From the NCBI RefSeq assembly GCF_006345805.1, contig NC_043010.1, forward strand, positions 62,806,001 to 62,870,000: a DNA stretch of 64,000 nt, written 5' to 3'. The stretch comes from Octopus sinensis. Lineage: Eukaryota. Numbering within the stretch: the stretch's first letter is position 1; the number at the start of each line of letters is the position of its first letter. The position numbers were made by a program, and so were the translations under genes. Shown piece after piece: positions 38,908-53,390 of this stretch. Under the pieces are notes generated by a model that was not told where the DNA came from, did no database searches, and saw only the letters and a program-made list of their open reading frames with translations.

Positions 38908-39419
38908 ATGGGATTCAAGCCTCTTCTCCTTATCTCCTCAAAGACATACAGCATCTCGAAAGAGTCCAGAAGCTGGCTACCTGCATGGTTCATGGTCTCA
39001 AAAATTTGTCCTACGAAGAAAGGCTGAGGACACTCGACCTTTATTCTCTTGAAAAACGCCGCCGCCGTAGTGATCTCATTCTTGCCCACAACATCATAAG
39101 CGGAAAGTGTAACCTCTCGAAAGAGCTGTTCTTCACTCCTGCTCCAGAGCGTCGGCTGCGGGGTCATTCCGAAAAGCTCTACCTGCGACGATTTCATCTC
39201 AATCGAAGGAGAGGAGCTTTCTCCGTACGGGTTGCGGATCCGTGGAACAAGCTGCCAGACGAGATGGTAAAGATGCCGACCACCGCTTTGTTCAAAGCCT
39301 CCCTGGACCTCAAGTGGCCTGAACTCTTTACATGAACACCACCCTGTACTTAACTCCATGTCCCCCTACATGGCCTTGCTATTTGCTTTTGAGCCAAATT
39401 AACTAACTAACTAACTAAC
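38908..39419 (+). mobile_element. 5'-truncated CR1-clade LINE 3' end, same family
   Basis: GIQASSPYLLKDIQHLERVQK...LDLKWPELFT*, followed by a 3' UTR and (taac)n tail. Confidence 0.9.
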
Positions 39420-39659
39420 ATATATATATTGATGGTTTGTTGCCAACTTAATGTGGCAGTCCCAGTAAAGGGGAAAATGCCACTGCTATTTAGTCCCAGG
39501 AATGGCGTTTCCAGTTGGCTATGTGACACACAAGCATTCTCTGTCCGTATGTCCTCAAACAGGGGAGATAAGCATCTCCACCCACCAAACCCAGCACTCA
39601 GAGCCTAGTTTCAGAGTCATTGCTCCTTATCAGTCTGGAGTAGCTTGTTACAACTGCAA

Positions 39660-40160
39660 CATTAGTTTAGCCTGGTACATGCAACCTTTATAACATTAAT
39701 TTTGTCTGGTAATTGTCACCACTATTGCATTAGTTTTGTCTGGTAATTGCTACCACTATAACATTAGTTTTGTCTGGTAGGCAATTTCACTGTGGCATCA
39801 GTTTTGTCTGCGAATTCCTACCAATATGTAAAATAGATCTGTCATGACATTAGTTTTGCCTTGTGATTAATACATTAGTTTTGTCTGGCAACTCCATGAC
39901 CATCCCATTAGATATATCTGGTTATTGCTACTATTATGCCAAAACATTTTTGTATGGGAATGTTACCAAAATGGTATTAGTTATGTCTAGGAACTCTTAC
40001 TGTTATGACATTAGTTTTGTCTGGGAACTGTAATTTCTATGTCATTAATTTCACTGAGAACATTCATCCATATTCCATTAGTTATGTCTGGCAATTTCAA
40101 CCAACATGCTATGGGCTTTGTCCAGGAATTTCCACCACTATCGCATTAGTTTTGTCTGGG
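39660..40160. repeat. Degenerate ~33-35-bp minisatellite with conserved CATTAGTTTTGTCTGG core
   Basis: About a dozen recognisable core copies separated by more divergent sequence. Confidence 0.8.
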
Positions 40161-40586
40161 TACAACAACAATAACAGCAACCATTACTCTGTTAGTTATG
40201 TCTTGCAGTCACTTCGGATTAATCATTCCTTGCACACTTTAGACTCTGCCAGATTTTTATCTTCCATGGTTGACACTCTCACACTTTCAGACATTTTAAT
40301 TACTCCAATCCCTCCCCTCCCCCCCTCACACTTCCACACCCCGAACCATTCCTTTGCCACATTTTCCAATACCATCTTCTCTATCCTGCTTCTTTCTTCC
40401 TCAACCAAATTATCTCTTCTTCCTCTCCTTCCTCCAATCTCACTCTCTCTCTTTCTGTCTACTCACCTATGTACTTCTTTCTCTCTCTCTCTCTCTGTAT
40501 ATATATATATATATATATATAATAGTCATGTATGTATAAATGCATATATCTACTTATCTACCTACATACCTAACTATCTATCTCTA

Positions 40587-40628
<42 letters not shown>

Positions 40629-40760
40629 TTTCATTCTATATATATATATAAAGTCTATCTATTATCTATCCATCTATCTATCTATCTATCTATCTGTCTG
40701 TCTATCTATCTATCTCTATCTATCTGTCTATCTATCTCTATCTATCTATCTATCTATCTA

Positions 40761-40843
<83 letters not shown>

Positions 40844-43800
40844 CTCTCTCTCTCTCTATCTATCTTTCTCTCTCTCTCTCTCTCTCTCTGTCTTTCTATT
40901 TATCCTTTACACTCACCTTTTCTGCCAATCAGTCCCCCTCTTCCCACCACCTTTTCCCCTCCAATTAAGCAACATCTCTCCCCTCCCTTCCCCACTTCCC
41001 ATTCTACTTCTCTCCCTCTTCCCCTTCCCCACCTTCAACACCTCTTACTTTCCAATCAAGCAACTTCTCCTTTGTTCACTCCTCCACTCCCCCCTCCCCC
41101 CACCGTTGCTAATCAATTTGCTCCCCTCATCCTCCCCTTCCTTCACTCACAACGTCCCCCCCTTTTTCATGTAACCAAACAATCTTTCTCTCTCTCTCTC
41201 TCTCTCTTCCTCTTATTCACTCATTCAATCTCTTACTCCCCCCTCTCTCTCTTAATCAATATCTCTTCCTTACCCCCTCACACACTTCCCACTTGTTCTT
41301 CTTTCCAACAAACATACCCCCCACCCCTCATCCAGACCCTGTCACTGCCACTGCTATGGGTACCACTATCACCACCACCGCCACCACTACCACCACCTCC
41401 TCCTCCACCACTACAACTACCACCGCTGCTGCCACCACCACCAGCACCACCACTACCACCACTGCCACCACCGCTGCTGCCACCACCACCACCACCACTG
41501 CCACCACCACCACTGCCACCGCCGCCGCCGCCACCACCACCACCACCACCACCACCACCCACCACCACCGTTGTTACCACCACCACCACTGCCACCAGCA
41601 CCACCACCACTGCCGCCACCACCACCACCACTGCCGCCACCACCACCACCACCACCACCACCAAGAGCAACAACAACAGCACTTCCAGCTCAGGAATGTA
41701 AGAATACTGCCTTCCTTCCTTCCTTCCTTCCTTTCCTGACTAACCACAAAGGTAGCCATATTTAAGAGATGTAGGGGGGAAGAAGGGGAGGGAAGAGGGA
41801 AGGAGAAGAGGATAGAAGAGTTTGTCACGTTCATGCATTTCCCTAATAGCCTTATTAATGACAACAACAACAACAACAACAACAGCAGGCTTGCCACAGT
41901 TTCCATTGGGAACTAAACTTAAAAACAAAAACACACACACAGAAAATGTCATAGCCACAAATTGTTGAGAAGATGACATCTTTTTCTCCCTCCAGGGGAC
42001 GCCTTTGTCATTTCCCCCACCCCCAGTACATATGATAAAAAAAAGCCTCCAACCCACCCACGACCATCACTACATTCTGCAACAGTCCACTCAAATTCAA
42101 TATTCTGACAAGAGCACAGACATTTTTCCAATAATTTTAGCAGCGAAAGACCTGATCTTGATTATAGATGCTGTTCTTGTTGTTTAGCCCTGGGTCAACC
42201 ACGGTTGAGTAGACCAATGACCAAAGATGTTCCAGTCATTTGGATTACATTATTTAACGCTGGTTTCAAATTTCAGCACAAGGCCAGCAAATTTGCAGGA
42301 GGAGACAAGGATGATTACATCAACCCTGATGCTCAACTGGTACATATTTCATTGACCCTGAAACGACAAAAAGGTGAAGTCGATTCCAGCTGCATTTGAA
42401 CTCAGAACGTAAAAAGCTTGAAAAAGTACTGCCAGGCATTTTGTCCAACATACCAATGGTTCCGCCAGCTCACTGCCTCAATTTCATTATTTAACCCTTT
42501 CTTTACCCACCTGTTCTGGCTCTGAGTACAAATGTCTTGTTTTCATAAGTTCTGAATGAAAATCTTCCACCAAACTTTAGTCACAATTTATGTTCCTAAC
42601 ACTAGCTGAATGATAACTAAGTTATTTTACTAAATTCTTTGTTATATTATAAATTAATTGAAAGAAACACAGAGCATCTCAACAGAAATATGGTAAGAAA
42701 AGAGTTAAAATATATAATAGAGCAACAATTCTTAACCCTTTCATTACCAACCTGGTTGAAACCGCCTCTGGCTCTGAGTACAAATGTCTTGTTTTCAAAA
42801 ATTCTGAATTAAAATTTTCCACCAAATCTTATGGTTTCGTCAGCTCACTGCCTCAATTTCATTATTTAACCCTTTCATTATCAACCCGGCTGAAACTGCC
42901 TATGGCTCTGAAAGTTTTGCATTAAATCTTCCACCAAACCTTAGTCACAATTTATGTTCCTAACACCAGCTGAATGACAACCAAATTATTTTACTAAATT
43001 CTTTGTCATGTTTAAAGTAATTGAAAGAAACACAGCATCTCAGCAGAAATATGGTAATGAAAAAGTTAATCTTAGAATGGTTGTTGTTGTTGTTGCTATT
43101 GTTTAGTTCCAGGTTGGTCTTGAATAAACTGACCCACAATCAAAGCCCTTCTGGCCATGACCATACAATCATTAATTCAGGCATAGTGTATCTAGTACTA
43201 CATTTGTTTTAATGTTAACATAGTTGTTGGTGTTTAAGCCCCTGGTCAACCATAGCTGAACAGATCTTTGATAAAAGACATTCCATCCATGACCCACTCA
43301 TTAACCAATATTTTCTAATTTTTAAGATTGTATTTTGATCAGTTTGACCATCAGGTGTTTTGTTCCAGGTTGTGTACATAATACCAGACAAGATTAGAAC
43401 CAGAAACCTTTTATTTCTAGACTAAGAGTTGTAATGCTCTATAAAGCTTCCTAGTTCAAACGCAGTCTAGTTTCATGCAGATATCCAGAAATAAAACAGC
43501 CATAATTTCCCCCTTATCTCCACCAGTTAATTGGTCCCACCTTTTCACTTATTTGGCTCCTCCCCATCAATCTTTTGATCCTCCCTTTCATTTACTTGAC
43601 CCCTCCACTTTAGTTACTTGAGCTGCCTCTACTTACTTCCAGATTTGAACCTGTAATCCAGTGGACAGTGTATTATTCAAATATTTTTTAAAAAGTGCCA
43701 CTACAAGACCCATTCCCCTATTGGCTTTGGAAAATTTATGGGCTTTCCAGAACCTCTTATTAGGTTTTTAAAACTAACAAACTTCATGTAGTCACCTGAG

Positions 43801-45574
43801 CCCTGCTTCAGGTGATTTGAATTCTCCTTCTCTTTCTTTGAACAACCCTGAGATACCTGGATCTTCCCAATTATGTAACCTCTCCCTCAATTACCTTACT
43901 CCTTCCCCACTTACCTTAGACTTACCTCTCAATTACCCATACCTCAGTTACTTGACCATTTTCCCTGTCACCTGTACCACTCTCGCTTACCTGGCCTTTC
44001 CTACAGTTACTTGACCTGCTCTAGGTTACCTGACACTTCTTGGTTAACCAATCTACCTTAATAAGGTCTTCCACTTCTCTGACCCTTTCTGATTATCTGA
44101 CTGTTTCCTTAGTTGTATAACTCACCTTTCAGTTACTTAACTCCACCCCCACTTCACAAGGACCTCCCCTAATTACCTACCTCTCCTGCTTAGCCTGAAC
44201 CACCCCTTGTTACCCTAGTTACCTTCCTCTTCCCTCACTTCATCTGAACCTCCCCTAGCAACCTACCTCCTTCCTTGCTTAACTTGAACTACCCCTGGTT
44301 ACCCTAAGTCCTCCCTCACCTTCACTTGTACTTTCCTCCTCCTTTGCTTATCGTGAACCACCCCTGGTTACCCTGACACCACCCCCAAGTTACCTAGCTC
44401 CTCCCTCACCTTAACCTGATCCTGCAGTCTATGCAGACTTCAAAGACCTACGATGCCTCCCCCTCCTCCTCCTCCTGTTCAAAACAAAATCAAAAACAAA
44501 AACACACTGAACGAAGTAAATTAAGTTCAGCCACAGTTTTCTGTCATCTCACCAGGTTCACTGTGATCTCGCTTCACATTGTTTGAACTCGTTCGAATAT
44601 CGACAACGTGAGATTGTGATATACTTAAAACGACAGAACGCAAACAATCGCCATTGACTTAATTAAAGTTACAGAATCAAAGGTTGATTAATTATATCCA
44701 AAGCAACAATGAAACAAAATAGCAAATTACAGCGGGGGGGGGGGGGGGGCAAGAGGGGTTGGTGTGAGGGGAGGAAAGAGGTTGGGGGGCGGTGGTGTGA
44801 TTGAGAGTGCAAAGATTACAGATATTGTTTGATAGCAAGTAACTCACTCACCCCAAGGTCTGAAGCATTCCCATTATGAAACCCCGAAGCCGACAACTTG
44901 GAACGATAATAAATTCAAGGCCGATTTATCATCCTTTATCATTTACTTGTTTCAGGCGTTAGTTCGCGGCCATGCTAGGGCACCACCTTGAAGAATTTCT
45001 AGTTGAATGAATAGACTGCCGGAGTAATTTTTTTTTTTTTTTTGTTTGTAAACATGGTATTTATTTGGTTGGTCCCTTTTACTGAACTGCTAAGTTACAG
45101 GGATGTAAACAAACCAACACTGGTTGTCAAGCACTGGCTGGACACACACACAAAGATATATACATGTATATATGTATATATATATATATCATCATCATCA
45201 TCGTTTAACGTCTGTTCTCCATGCTAGCATGGGTTGGATGGTTCGACCGGGGTCCGGGAAGCCGGGAGGCTGCACCAGGCTCCGGTCTGATCTGGCAGTG
45301 TTTCTACAGCTGGATGCCCTAATGCCAACCACTCCGTGAGTGTAGTGGGTGCTTTTTATGTGCCACCTGCACAGGTGCCAGGCGAGGCTGGCAGTGGCCA
45401 CGATCAGATTGGTGCATTTTACGTGATATATATATACATATATTTGGAGTGGCTGTGTGGTAAGAAGCTTGCTTCCCAACCACATGGCTCTGGGTTCAGT
45501 CCCAGTATGTGGCACCTTGGGCCAGTGTCTTCTTCTATAGCTTCAGGCCGACCAAAGCCTTGTGAGTGGATTTG

Positions 45575-46260
45575 CATTATAATGCTTTCTAATCCAAAGC
45601 AACAAAACTTCTTCTAAGATTCTGAGGCCCTCTGCTGTGTTGATTTTAAGACCGGCTTCAATAAAATGGGGAGGCATCAATTTCCCATCACTTGCAACAG
45701 CTCCAAAGACCATAATGAAAGTTGGGATTCTTGCTATGCACAGCTAAAGGAACTCAGGAGGGGTCATACACTATCACTCATGAGTTTTCATAGTTTGTAA
45801 CTTCGTCTACCACAAACTTCTTTTCATCTACGAAGATGCGGACGTCTCCAGATGACTAAGAAGTTTGGGATTTCTTTCAGCTTCAATGGCTTTGGATCAG
45901 GTAGTTAGGATATTACAGAGTCTCCCCCCATACGATTTTATATGGGGGTCTTATCTTAGAGCCCTAGAAATGGTCATTTGACCGATTCCTCAATCTTGAG
46001 CCAACTTCACCATCGATTTTGATGGGTTCGACTCAATCAATCTTTTAAGTCCTGTTAAGAAACGAGGTGTGCATTTTCAGTCATTACAAGGACTGTGAGG
46101 CTTTCTCTGAAGATCCTGGCTTTTCTTCAAATTGGCCACAACTCTAAAAACAGTAGGTTTGGCATTGTTGCTCTAACAATCTCCCCAGAACTTTTGCTGG
46201 TGTGGAATAATTACACTTCTACAGATGAATTCTTTATTAATGTTTATGACTTGTTCGATA
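45575..46260 (-). mobile_element. Tc1/mariner-superfamily transposase remnant with stops and frameshifts
   Basis: RIFVDEKKFVVDEVTNYENS (first catalytic D) and IMVFGAVASDGKLMPPHFIEAGLKINTAE; upstream HTH-like remnants. Interrupted by a SINE near 45575. Confidence 0.8.
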
Positions 46261-46734
46261 AGAAATAAAAAATAGTAAAAACGATTATTCAAGCTAGCAA
46301 TATTTAAAATTTAGACTTCAACAAAATCTATACAATCAGAAATATACCCATTTCAAATTTCTCCCAACTTACGATTTACACCCTAGGGTGGACTGAAAAA
46401 AAAAAAAAATTATAGAAATTGAAAATGCCTGAGGGCAAAAATGTTGCTATATTTGATTTCTTTGGATATCATGTGATCATTGTCCTCATACAAGTGACCT
46501 TGTTTGTTTCCAGTCTTTTATGAGAAACATATCTGGCCAATACAGTAATATCTCACTTTACAAGACCCCAGGTTTACAAGGTTTGTTTTTCAAGCACAAG
46601 ATCCAAATTTTGAACGAAATGCTTCTGCGTGATACCAAGAAATTTATAGAGAACAAAAATAAGCTTCTTCTAAGCAAACAACTCTAGGCTTATTTACAAT
46701 TGATGGATATTTGTCCTCATCTTGATTGCTGTTA

Positions 46735-46779
46735 GCACAACATTTCGGCTGATATACCCTCCAGCCTTCATCAGGTGTC
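46735..46779 (-). ncRNA. Minimal type I hammerhead ribozyme, slightly degenerate
   Basis: GACAC-CUGAUGA-A-GGCUG(10-nt loop)CAGCC-GAAA-U-GUU-GUGC. Core intact; the C of GAAAC is changed to U, consistent with CpG decay. Confidence 0.7.
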
Positions 46780-46850
46780 TTGGGGAAATTTCGAACCTTA
46801 GTTCTCATTCCTAAGGTATTTTTCAATGTTATTATTATTATTATTATTCT

Positions 46851-47044
46851 GGTCCCAGTGCCGGTGGCACGTAAAAAGCACCCACTACACTCTCGGAGTG
46901 GTTGGTATTAGGAAGGGCATTCAGCCGTAGAAACATTGCCAAATTAGACTGGGCCTGGTGCAGCCTTCTGGCTTCCAAGACCCCAGTTGAACCGTCCAAC
47001 CCATGCCAGCATGGAAAGCGGACGTTAAATGATGATGATGATGA
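46851..47044 (+). mobile_element. SINE family D with (GAT)n tail
   Basis: gtgccggtggcacgtaaaaagcacc...aggaagggcat...catgccagcatggaaagcggacgttaaa(tga)n. More than 12 copies, e.g. ~18260-18480, 19480-19795, 28130-28340, 29130-29725, 30260-30470, 37655-37800, 45190-45425, 50330-50590. Confidence 0.85.
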
Positions 47045-50000
47045 TTCAGGCATATGGCGTAGCGGTTAAGAGTATGGGCTTCTAACCCCAAGATTCTGAG
47101 TTCGATTCCAAGCAGTCACCTGAACAACAATAATGTGAATAAGCTTAATTTGCTCTCTATAAATTTCTTGGTATCACGCAGAAGCATTTGTTATGGTAGC
47201 AGAAACTTTTGCATTTTGTTCAAATTTGGATCTTGTGCTTGAAAAACAAACCTTGGGTCTCATAAAGTGAGGTATTACTGTATTGGCCAGATATGTTTCT
47301 CATGGAAGACTGGAAACAAACAAGGTCACTTGTATGAGGACAACGATCACATGACATCCAAAGAAGGCTGCACGTACACACGTGTGTATATATTTAGTTA
47401 CCATCTTCTAAATACACTCACAAGGCTTTGGTTCACTGAAGAAAACACCAGCCCTTGGTGCCAAGCAGTGGGATTGAACCCAAGACGACATGGTTGAGAA
47501 AACAAGCTTCTCAACCACACAACCATGTCTGTGCCCTTATCCATTTTTAATACACTCAAGCAGATTCATATGGGAACACACCAATTGCTGTTATATTTTG
47601 GCATCAAAGAACATCTCCTTCCTTTAGATGAAGGGTCGGTGAACCAGGGTAAAAATGAAATTCTTGGGAGCAATGAGGACTCATTAGACATAAGTAAAAT
47701 TACATGTTCCTCGTTCTTCCATTTAAATAAAAGGGACAATGTCAGCAAAAATATATTTCGGGGTAATTGGTTAAAAAAGTTCCCCAACCCTTGCTTTAGA
47801 TGATGTGTGTTCATATTACATGAAATTCATTCGTGTACAAAGACTTTCAAATGCCATGCAGTTTCAACTTCATTGTATGTCTTCTGTCAAATCTAGCCCT
47901 AGATCAATGAATTTAAAACCAATGGGTGTTTTGTGAACAGACATTGTCTAAAAAGGAGATATTCTCTGCTGATATTGCAGTAGCAATTTGCATATCTGTG
48001 TATACATCTTATTTCTTTATTGCCCACAAGGGGCTAAATAGATTAAGTCGATTATATCAACCCCAGTGCGTAACTGGTACTTAATTTATCGACCTTGAAA
48101 GGATGGAAGGCAGAGTTGACCTCAGCGGAATTTCAAGTCAGAACATAATGGCAGACGAAATACCGCTAAGCATTTCGCCCGGCATGCTAACGTTTCTGCC
48201 ACCTTGCTGCCTTTACACATCTGCCATCACAAATGGATATGTAGGTTTTGATTCGAAGGATAATCTTTCTCCCACCTGTCTCTTCCTTCTCTCACAAAAC
48301 CATTAAAAAGAAAAAGGCTTTCCATTCGTGACCACTCCTTCCTCTTGTGACATACTCAGGCATGGTGTGTCATTGTGTCTCTCTTTTTTTCCTTAAACAT
48401 ACTGGGATGAGGATTTGAGGAAGATTTGGCAGTTATTTCTTGCATATTAGTTGTTGTTTAATGTTAGTTCAGCCCTGCTTGAATAGACTTATGTCCTTAG
48501 GTTTTCTGACCATGACCGTCCAGTCTTGGTTGAGAAGCACAGAGATAAATGTTCCTCAAACCACATCTTAGGGTTGTGTTGGTCAGTTCATGCCGGAATC
48601 TTTTTATCGTCACCTTTATTTATTTTATACTGTTTTATGTGCATAGTCTTACCCCGACATCTGTTTCAAGGTGGCCATGTCTTAGGCTTGTGTATAAATA
48701 TATATATTTGGTCATTTGTTGCAGTGGAAGGCTTACATAGATCAGTGACTCTGATACTAATGCTATCAGGAGCCTAGTGCTCCTGGTGAGGCCACCTAGG
48801 GTGGCAAGGTCAAAGAGACCTTCAATAAATATGACCAGCAATGGTTGTAGACAACAATAATATTTGAGCTGACAGAAGAGAGTAATGCTGGACAAATTGG
48901 TCAAGAAATCACCACCAAGATGAAACCAAGTCAGTGATAGTCCACAGTAATTTCATCACTTGATTCTGTTTCATTGTATCATGTACAATAACCTAATTAA
49001 ATGGATGTACACACACATATGTATAAATATATCTACATACACATAAATATACACACACTAATGCAACTATCGTACATATTAATTTTTTCTACTAAAGGCA
49101 CAAGGCCTGAAATTTTGTGGGAGGGGAACAGTTGATTATATCAACACCCAGTTCTCAACTTAATTTATTGACCCTGAAAGGATGAAAGGCAAAGTCGACT
49201 TCAGTGGAATTTGAACTCAGAATGCTAAGATGTATGAAATGTCACTAAGCATCTTGCCTGGCACACTAACAGTTCTGCCAGCTCACCACCTTCAAGCATA
49301 CGTGCTAATGCAAACAGACATGTATAATGAAATAATATATGGAAAAGGTTGCGAAACAGCTGTAACCCTATGGAAGCTATGTGGCTACACAAATCTCTCA
49401 AACCTGCTGACATGATGCTTTATATACACACCTACATATTATATAAATATTTATGTATATGGTCATGTTTCCCTATCGTCTTAACCTTGTTCCTACCCTA
49501 TTTAAATCAGTGGTTGCTCGCTACTGAATCAGATGCAAAACCTGGATGTTTTTAAGGGGATGGGGGCACACCAAAAGAAGTAAAAATCAAGTCAATTAAG
49601 GAAAAATTTATTAGATTTTATAAAAGGAAGGCCAAAAAGCACCCACTACACTCTTGGAGTGGTTGGCATCAGGAAGGGCACCCAGCTGTAGAAACCATGT
49701 CATATCAGATTGGGGCCTGGCACAGCCCTCTGGTTTGCCAGTCCCCAGTCATACTGTCCAACCCATGCCAGCATGGAAAGTGGACACTAAATGATAATGG
49801 GTTGCAGTTGAAAACCGTTGATCTAAATAATGTTACTGTTGTCAAAACAGCTGGCCACTTACGTGCTGCATAAACAGTGCCATTATTGTACAGATGGCAC
49901 CTCTCTTTACTTTAACCACCACAGCCATGACCATGCTGGAGCACTCAGCACCTAGTATGTAGTATCTCTGACCAAGCAGTCTTACAATCAAGTGTTCCGT

Positions 50001-50581
50001 ATATAATCTAGAAGAATCCCAGTTGAATGCCACCTTTTCTAAAATGTGACCCCTGTTAGCAGATAACACCAGGGATTCAGACTCGTTGTCACCTTGGGGT
50101 AGAACTTGAAAATCTCCCGAGGGGGTTCCTTCATACTCCCCCCACAATGATAACTGGTTCGGCAGTGTGATTAAGAAAGTTACTTCGGAGCAACATTGTT
50201 CCAGATCCAGTCCCACTACGGAGCATCTGGGACAAAAGCTGTCACGTACAATGGATCGGTAGAGAGAAACTGTAAAGAAATCTGTCACTGAAAAATACAT
50301 ACATGTGGGTGTGTGAGGACCCTGACTGGCTCCCGTGGCAGTGGTACATAAAAAGCACCATCCTAATGTGGTCAATGCCACAACACCCACCAACTGGCTC
50401 CCACGCCGGTGGCATGTAAAAAGTACACACTACAGTCTAGTAGTGGTTGGCACTAGGAAGAGCATCCAGATGTAATCTTGTCAGATCAGATTGGAGCCTG
50501 GTGCAGCCTCCTGGCTTGCCAGTCCTCAACCAAACCTTCCAACCCATGCCAGCATGGAAAGTGGAAGTTAAACGATGACGA

Positions 50582-50615
<34 letters not shown>

Positions 50616-50737
50616 TCGTCATCATTTAACGTCCACTTTCATGCTGGATATATATATATATATATGTTTACATTCCTTGCTGACGTTACAAATGGTTGCT
50701 CTGCAGTTCTCAATGATGCTAGAAATACCCAAGCTGC

Positions 50738-50768
<31 letters not shown>

Positions 50769-52140
50769 GAAAGAAAGAAAGAAAGAAGGAAGGAAGCAAG
50801 GAATTGGCAACAGGAAGTGACATCTGGTTGGAAAATCCTGTTTCAAATTACTCTTCATTCAACACAAGTCACCCAAATCAACAAGTTGGAGGTAGGAATT
50901 CTCAACAGCGTCTCACCAAGTTCCTGCCATACAAGGAATAGCTTAAAATGTCATCCCCGGCAGCAGACTAAAAATAGACAACTGGTCACATTGTAGCTTT
51001 TTAGTCAAGTGTGTTTATGAGTCATTCTTAATGGTGTCCCTACCATCGCTGTTGTTTACATTTTTTAAACAGAAAAAGTAAAAAAAAAATTTGAGTGATG
51101 AACCTAGCACTTGGTCTTGTACACAAGAAGCAAGGCCGAGACTCTTTGCAGTTGAGGAAATTATCAAAGATATTTAATCTCTGGATGAAAAGTCTGCACT
51201 TACACCGGCAACGAGAGCAATTGGGTCTAACAAATATGGTTGTTGAGAGAAAGGCCTATTGTTGTTAAGGAAATGAAAAAGAAAGGACAAGACCATCCCG
51301 AAATATAACAATACGTATTATTGTTATTCTCTTCAACTCTTTTTTTGTGATTCTATCCATCAGTTTGCCTGCAGTTGTTATTCCTGTATATGTAACGCTT
51401 TTACTCGTTTCAGTCATTTGACTGCGGCCATGCTAGAGCACCGCCTTTAGTCGAGCAAATCGACCCCGGGACTTATTCTTTGTAAGCCCAGTACTTATTC
51501 TATCGTTCTCTTTTTGCCGAACCGCTAGGTGACAGGGACGTAAACACACCAGCATCGGTTGTCAAGCAATGCTAGGGGGACAAACACAGACACACAAACA
51601 TATACACACACACTTATATATATATACGACAGGCTTCTTTCAGTTTCTGTCTACCAAATCCACTCACAAGGCATTGGTCGGCCCGGGGCTATAGCAGAAG
51701 ACACTTGCCCAAGATGCCACGCAGTGGGACTGAACCCGGAACCATGTGGTTGGTTAGCAAGCTATTTACCACACAGCCACTTGCTTTTTTATTTTTTTTT
51801 TTGCACAAGAGCGCAGGTGGAGAATAAAGTTGGACATAGATGCCCAGGCCCCAGAGGGTTCAGTCTTCGCAAACAACAAAAACAACAGCAACAACGAGAG
51901 AATGAAGAACAAAAACAACGAATTATAGTTCCAAGAAACCATTGAGTTTCTCTGTTTGGTTTTTAATTTTGGTAAAATGTGAAGAACATTGGGAATTAAA
52001 TGGTTAAATTCAATGTGCTAATGTACAGTAGACAGTCTAAAGTTGGCTCCTTCAAGACTTGAGGTGGTCAAAGCATGTGTGTATGTATGTGTGTGAATTG
52101 GGACATGTATGAAACATGTTGGGAAACTACCACATGTGTC

Positions 52141-52402
52141 ATCTCTTGTGAAAGGTAGGAGAGTCCAGTTTGCTGGACATTGTTGTAGAGTGGAAAACGA
52201 GGCAATTTCTACTCTTCTCCTCTGGAAGCCATCTACTCACAATACCAGAGGGCGCACACACTCTCCTACCCTGATGTAATCTCCAGGGATACAGGCATCC
52301 AGCAACGGGACCTCCGTAATGCCATGATGGACCGTGAAGTCTGGCGTAGCACGGTAAATTCCATTGTCTCGACCACGGTCGAACAATGATGATGATGGTG
52401 GT
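52141..52402 (+). mobile_element. RTE-clade LINE 3' end fragment
   Basis: RRVQFAGHCCR...LLLWKP...RGRT / SYPDVISRDTGIQQRDLRNAMMDREVWRS with a 2-bp insertion frameshift. The stop codon is the first unit of a (TGA)n tail. Confidence 0.8.
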
Positions 52403-53390
52403 GAAACACAGCAGTTTCTAACACTGGTAGAAGGCCTCAAAATTAATGCTGGGGTTTTTCATACAAGAGAGATACTCATATCGTAGAACTGGAGGCAGCT
52501 TCAAACAGGCCAGGTATCAAAAAGGGTTAATACAGATGGTGGTGGGGTGTACAGGGGTTTAAGATAGGAGACATATGTGTGTGATGGGGATGTAGGGGTT
52601 GGGCTAATATAAAGCAGGCCAGAGATAGAATAGCCATTGTTAGTACAGTTGAGTAAGCAAGGAGTAGAAACAGCATTGGGGAAAGTGTGTGTGTGTGTGT
52701 ATATGCATGTATGTATGTATGTATGTATGTGTGTGTATGTATATTATGTATGCTTGTGTACATATATATATATATATTTTTAGTCTTTCTATTTACAGTT
52801 TTTCTTAAGTCTGAAGAAGTAGAGCAGAGCCCATTGTCCTTGTATGCACAGGATAATATATATGTGTATATATATATATATATATATGTATGTATATATA
52901 TGTGTATATATATCCTGGCATGGCCCAGTGTGTACAACAACAGTCAGTGTGGCAAGATGTTGAAGGAGGCGTCAATAGTAATAATAATAATAATATCAAT
53001 AATAAACTAGAAACAACAACAAAAAAGTGGAAAAAAAAAAACATCACCAGGTGTCTGAGTCAGAGATCAAGTCTAAATATGACATCCACCCCTAAAACAT
53101 GTGACAACCACTCCTAAAAGACTTCCTACAGCTGAGAGCTTCAGACTCTGTGGTGCACAAGTGTGAATGTCTTAAGTTTTTATATTATATATATATACAC
53201 ACATATATATATATATATATACACACACATATATATATATGCATATACATATATGTATTTAAGGTTATACACTCATACATGTATAAATGCAAGAGTGTAT
53301 ACAAGTTTATATATATATTTCTTCTGTTTGTATATAAATCTGTGTGTGTGGAGAGACATAATAAATCTATATATTGAAGAGAGTGTACAA

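Noticed and set aside
39660-40160. CRISPR array
   Set aside because: Eukaryotic context, a repeat too short and non-palindromic, mutually homologous spacers and no cas genes.
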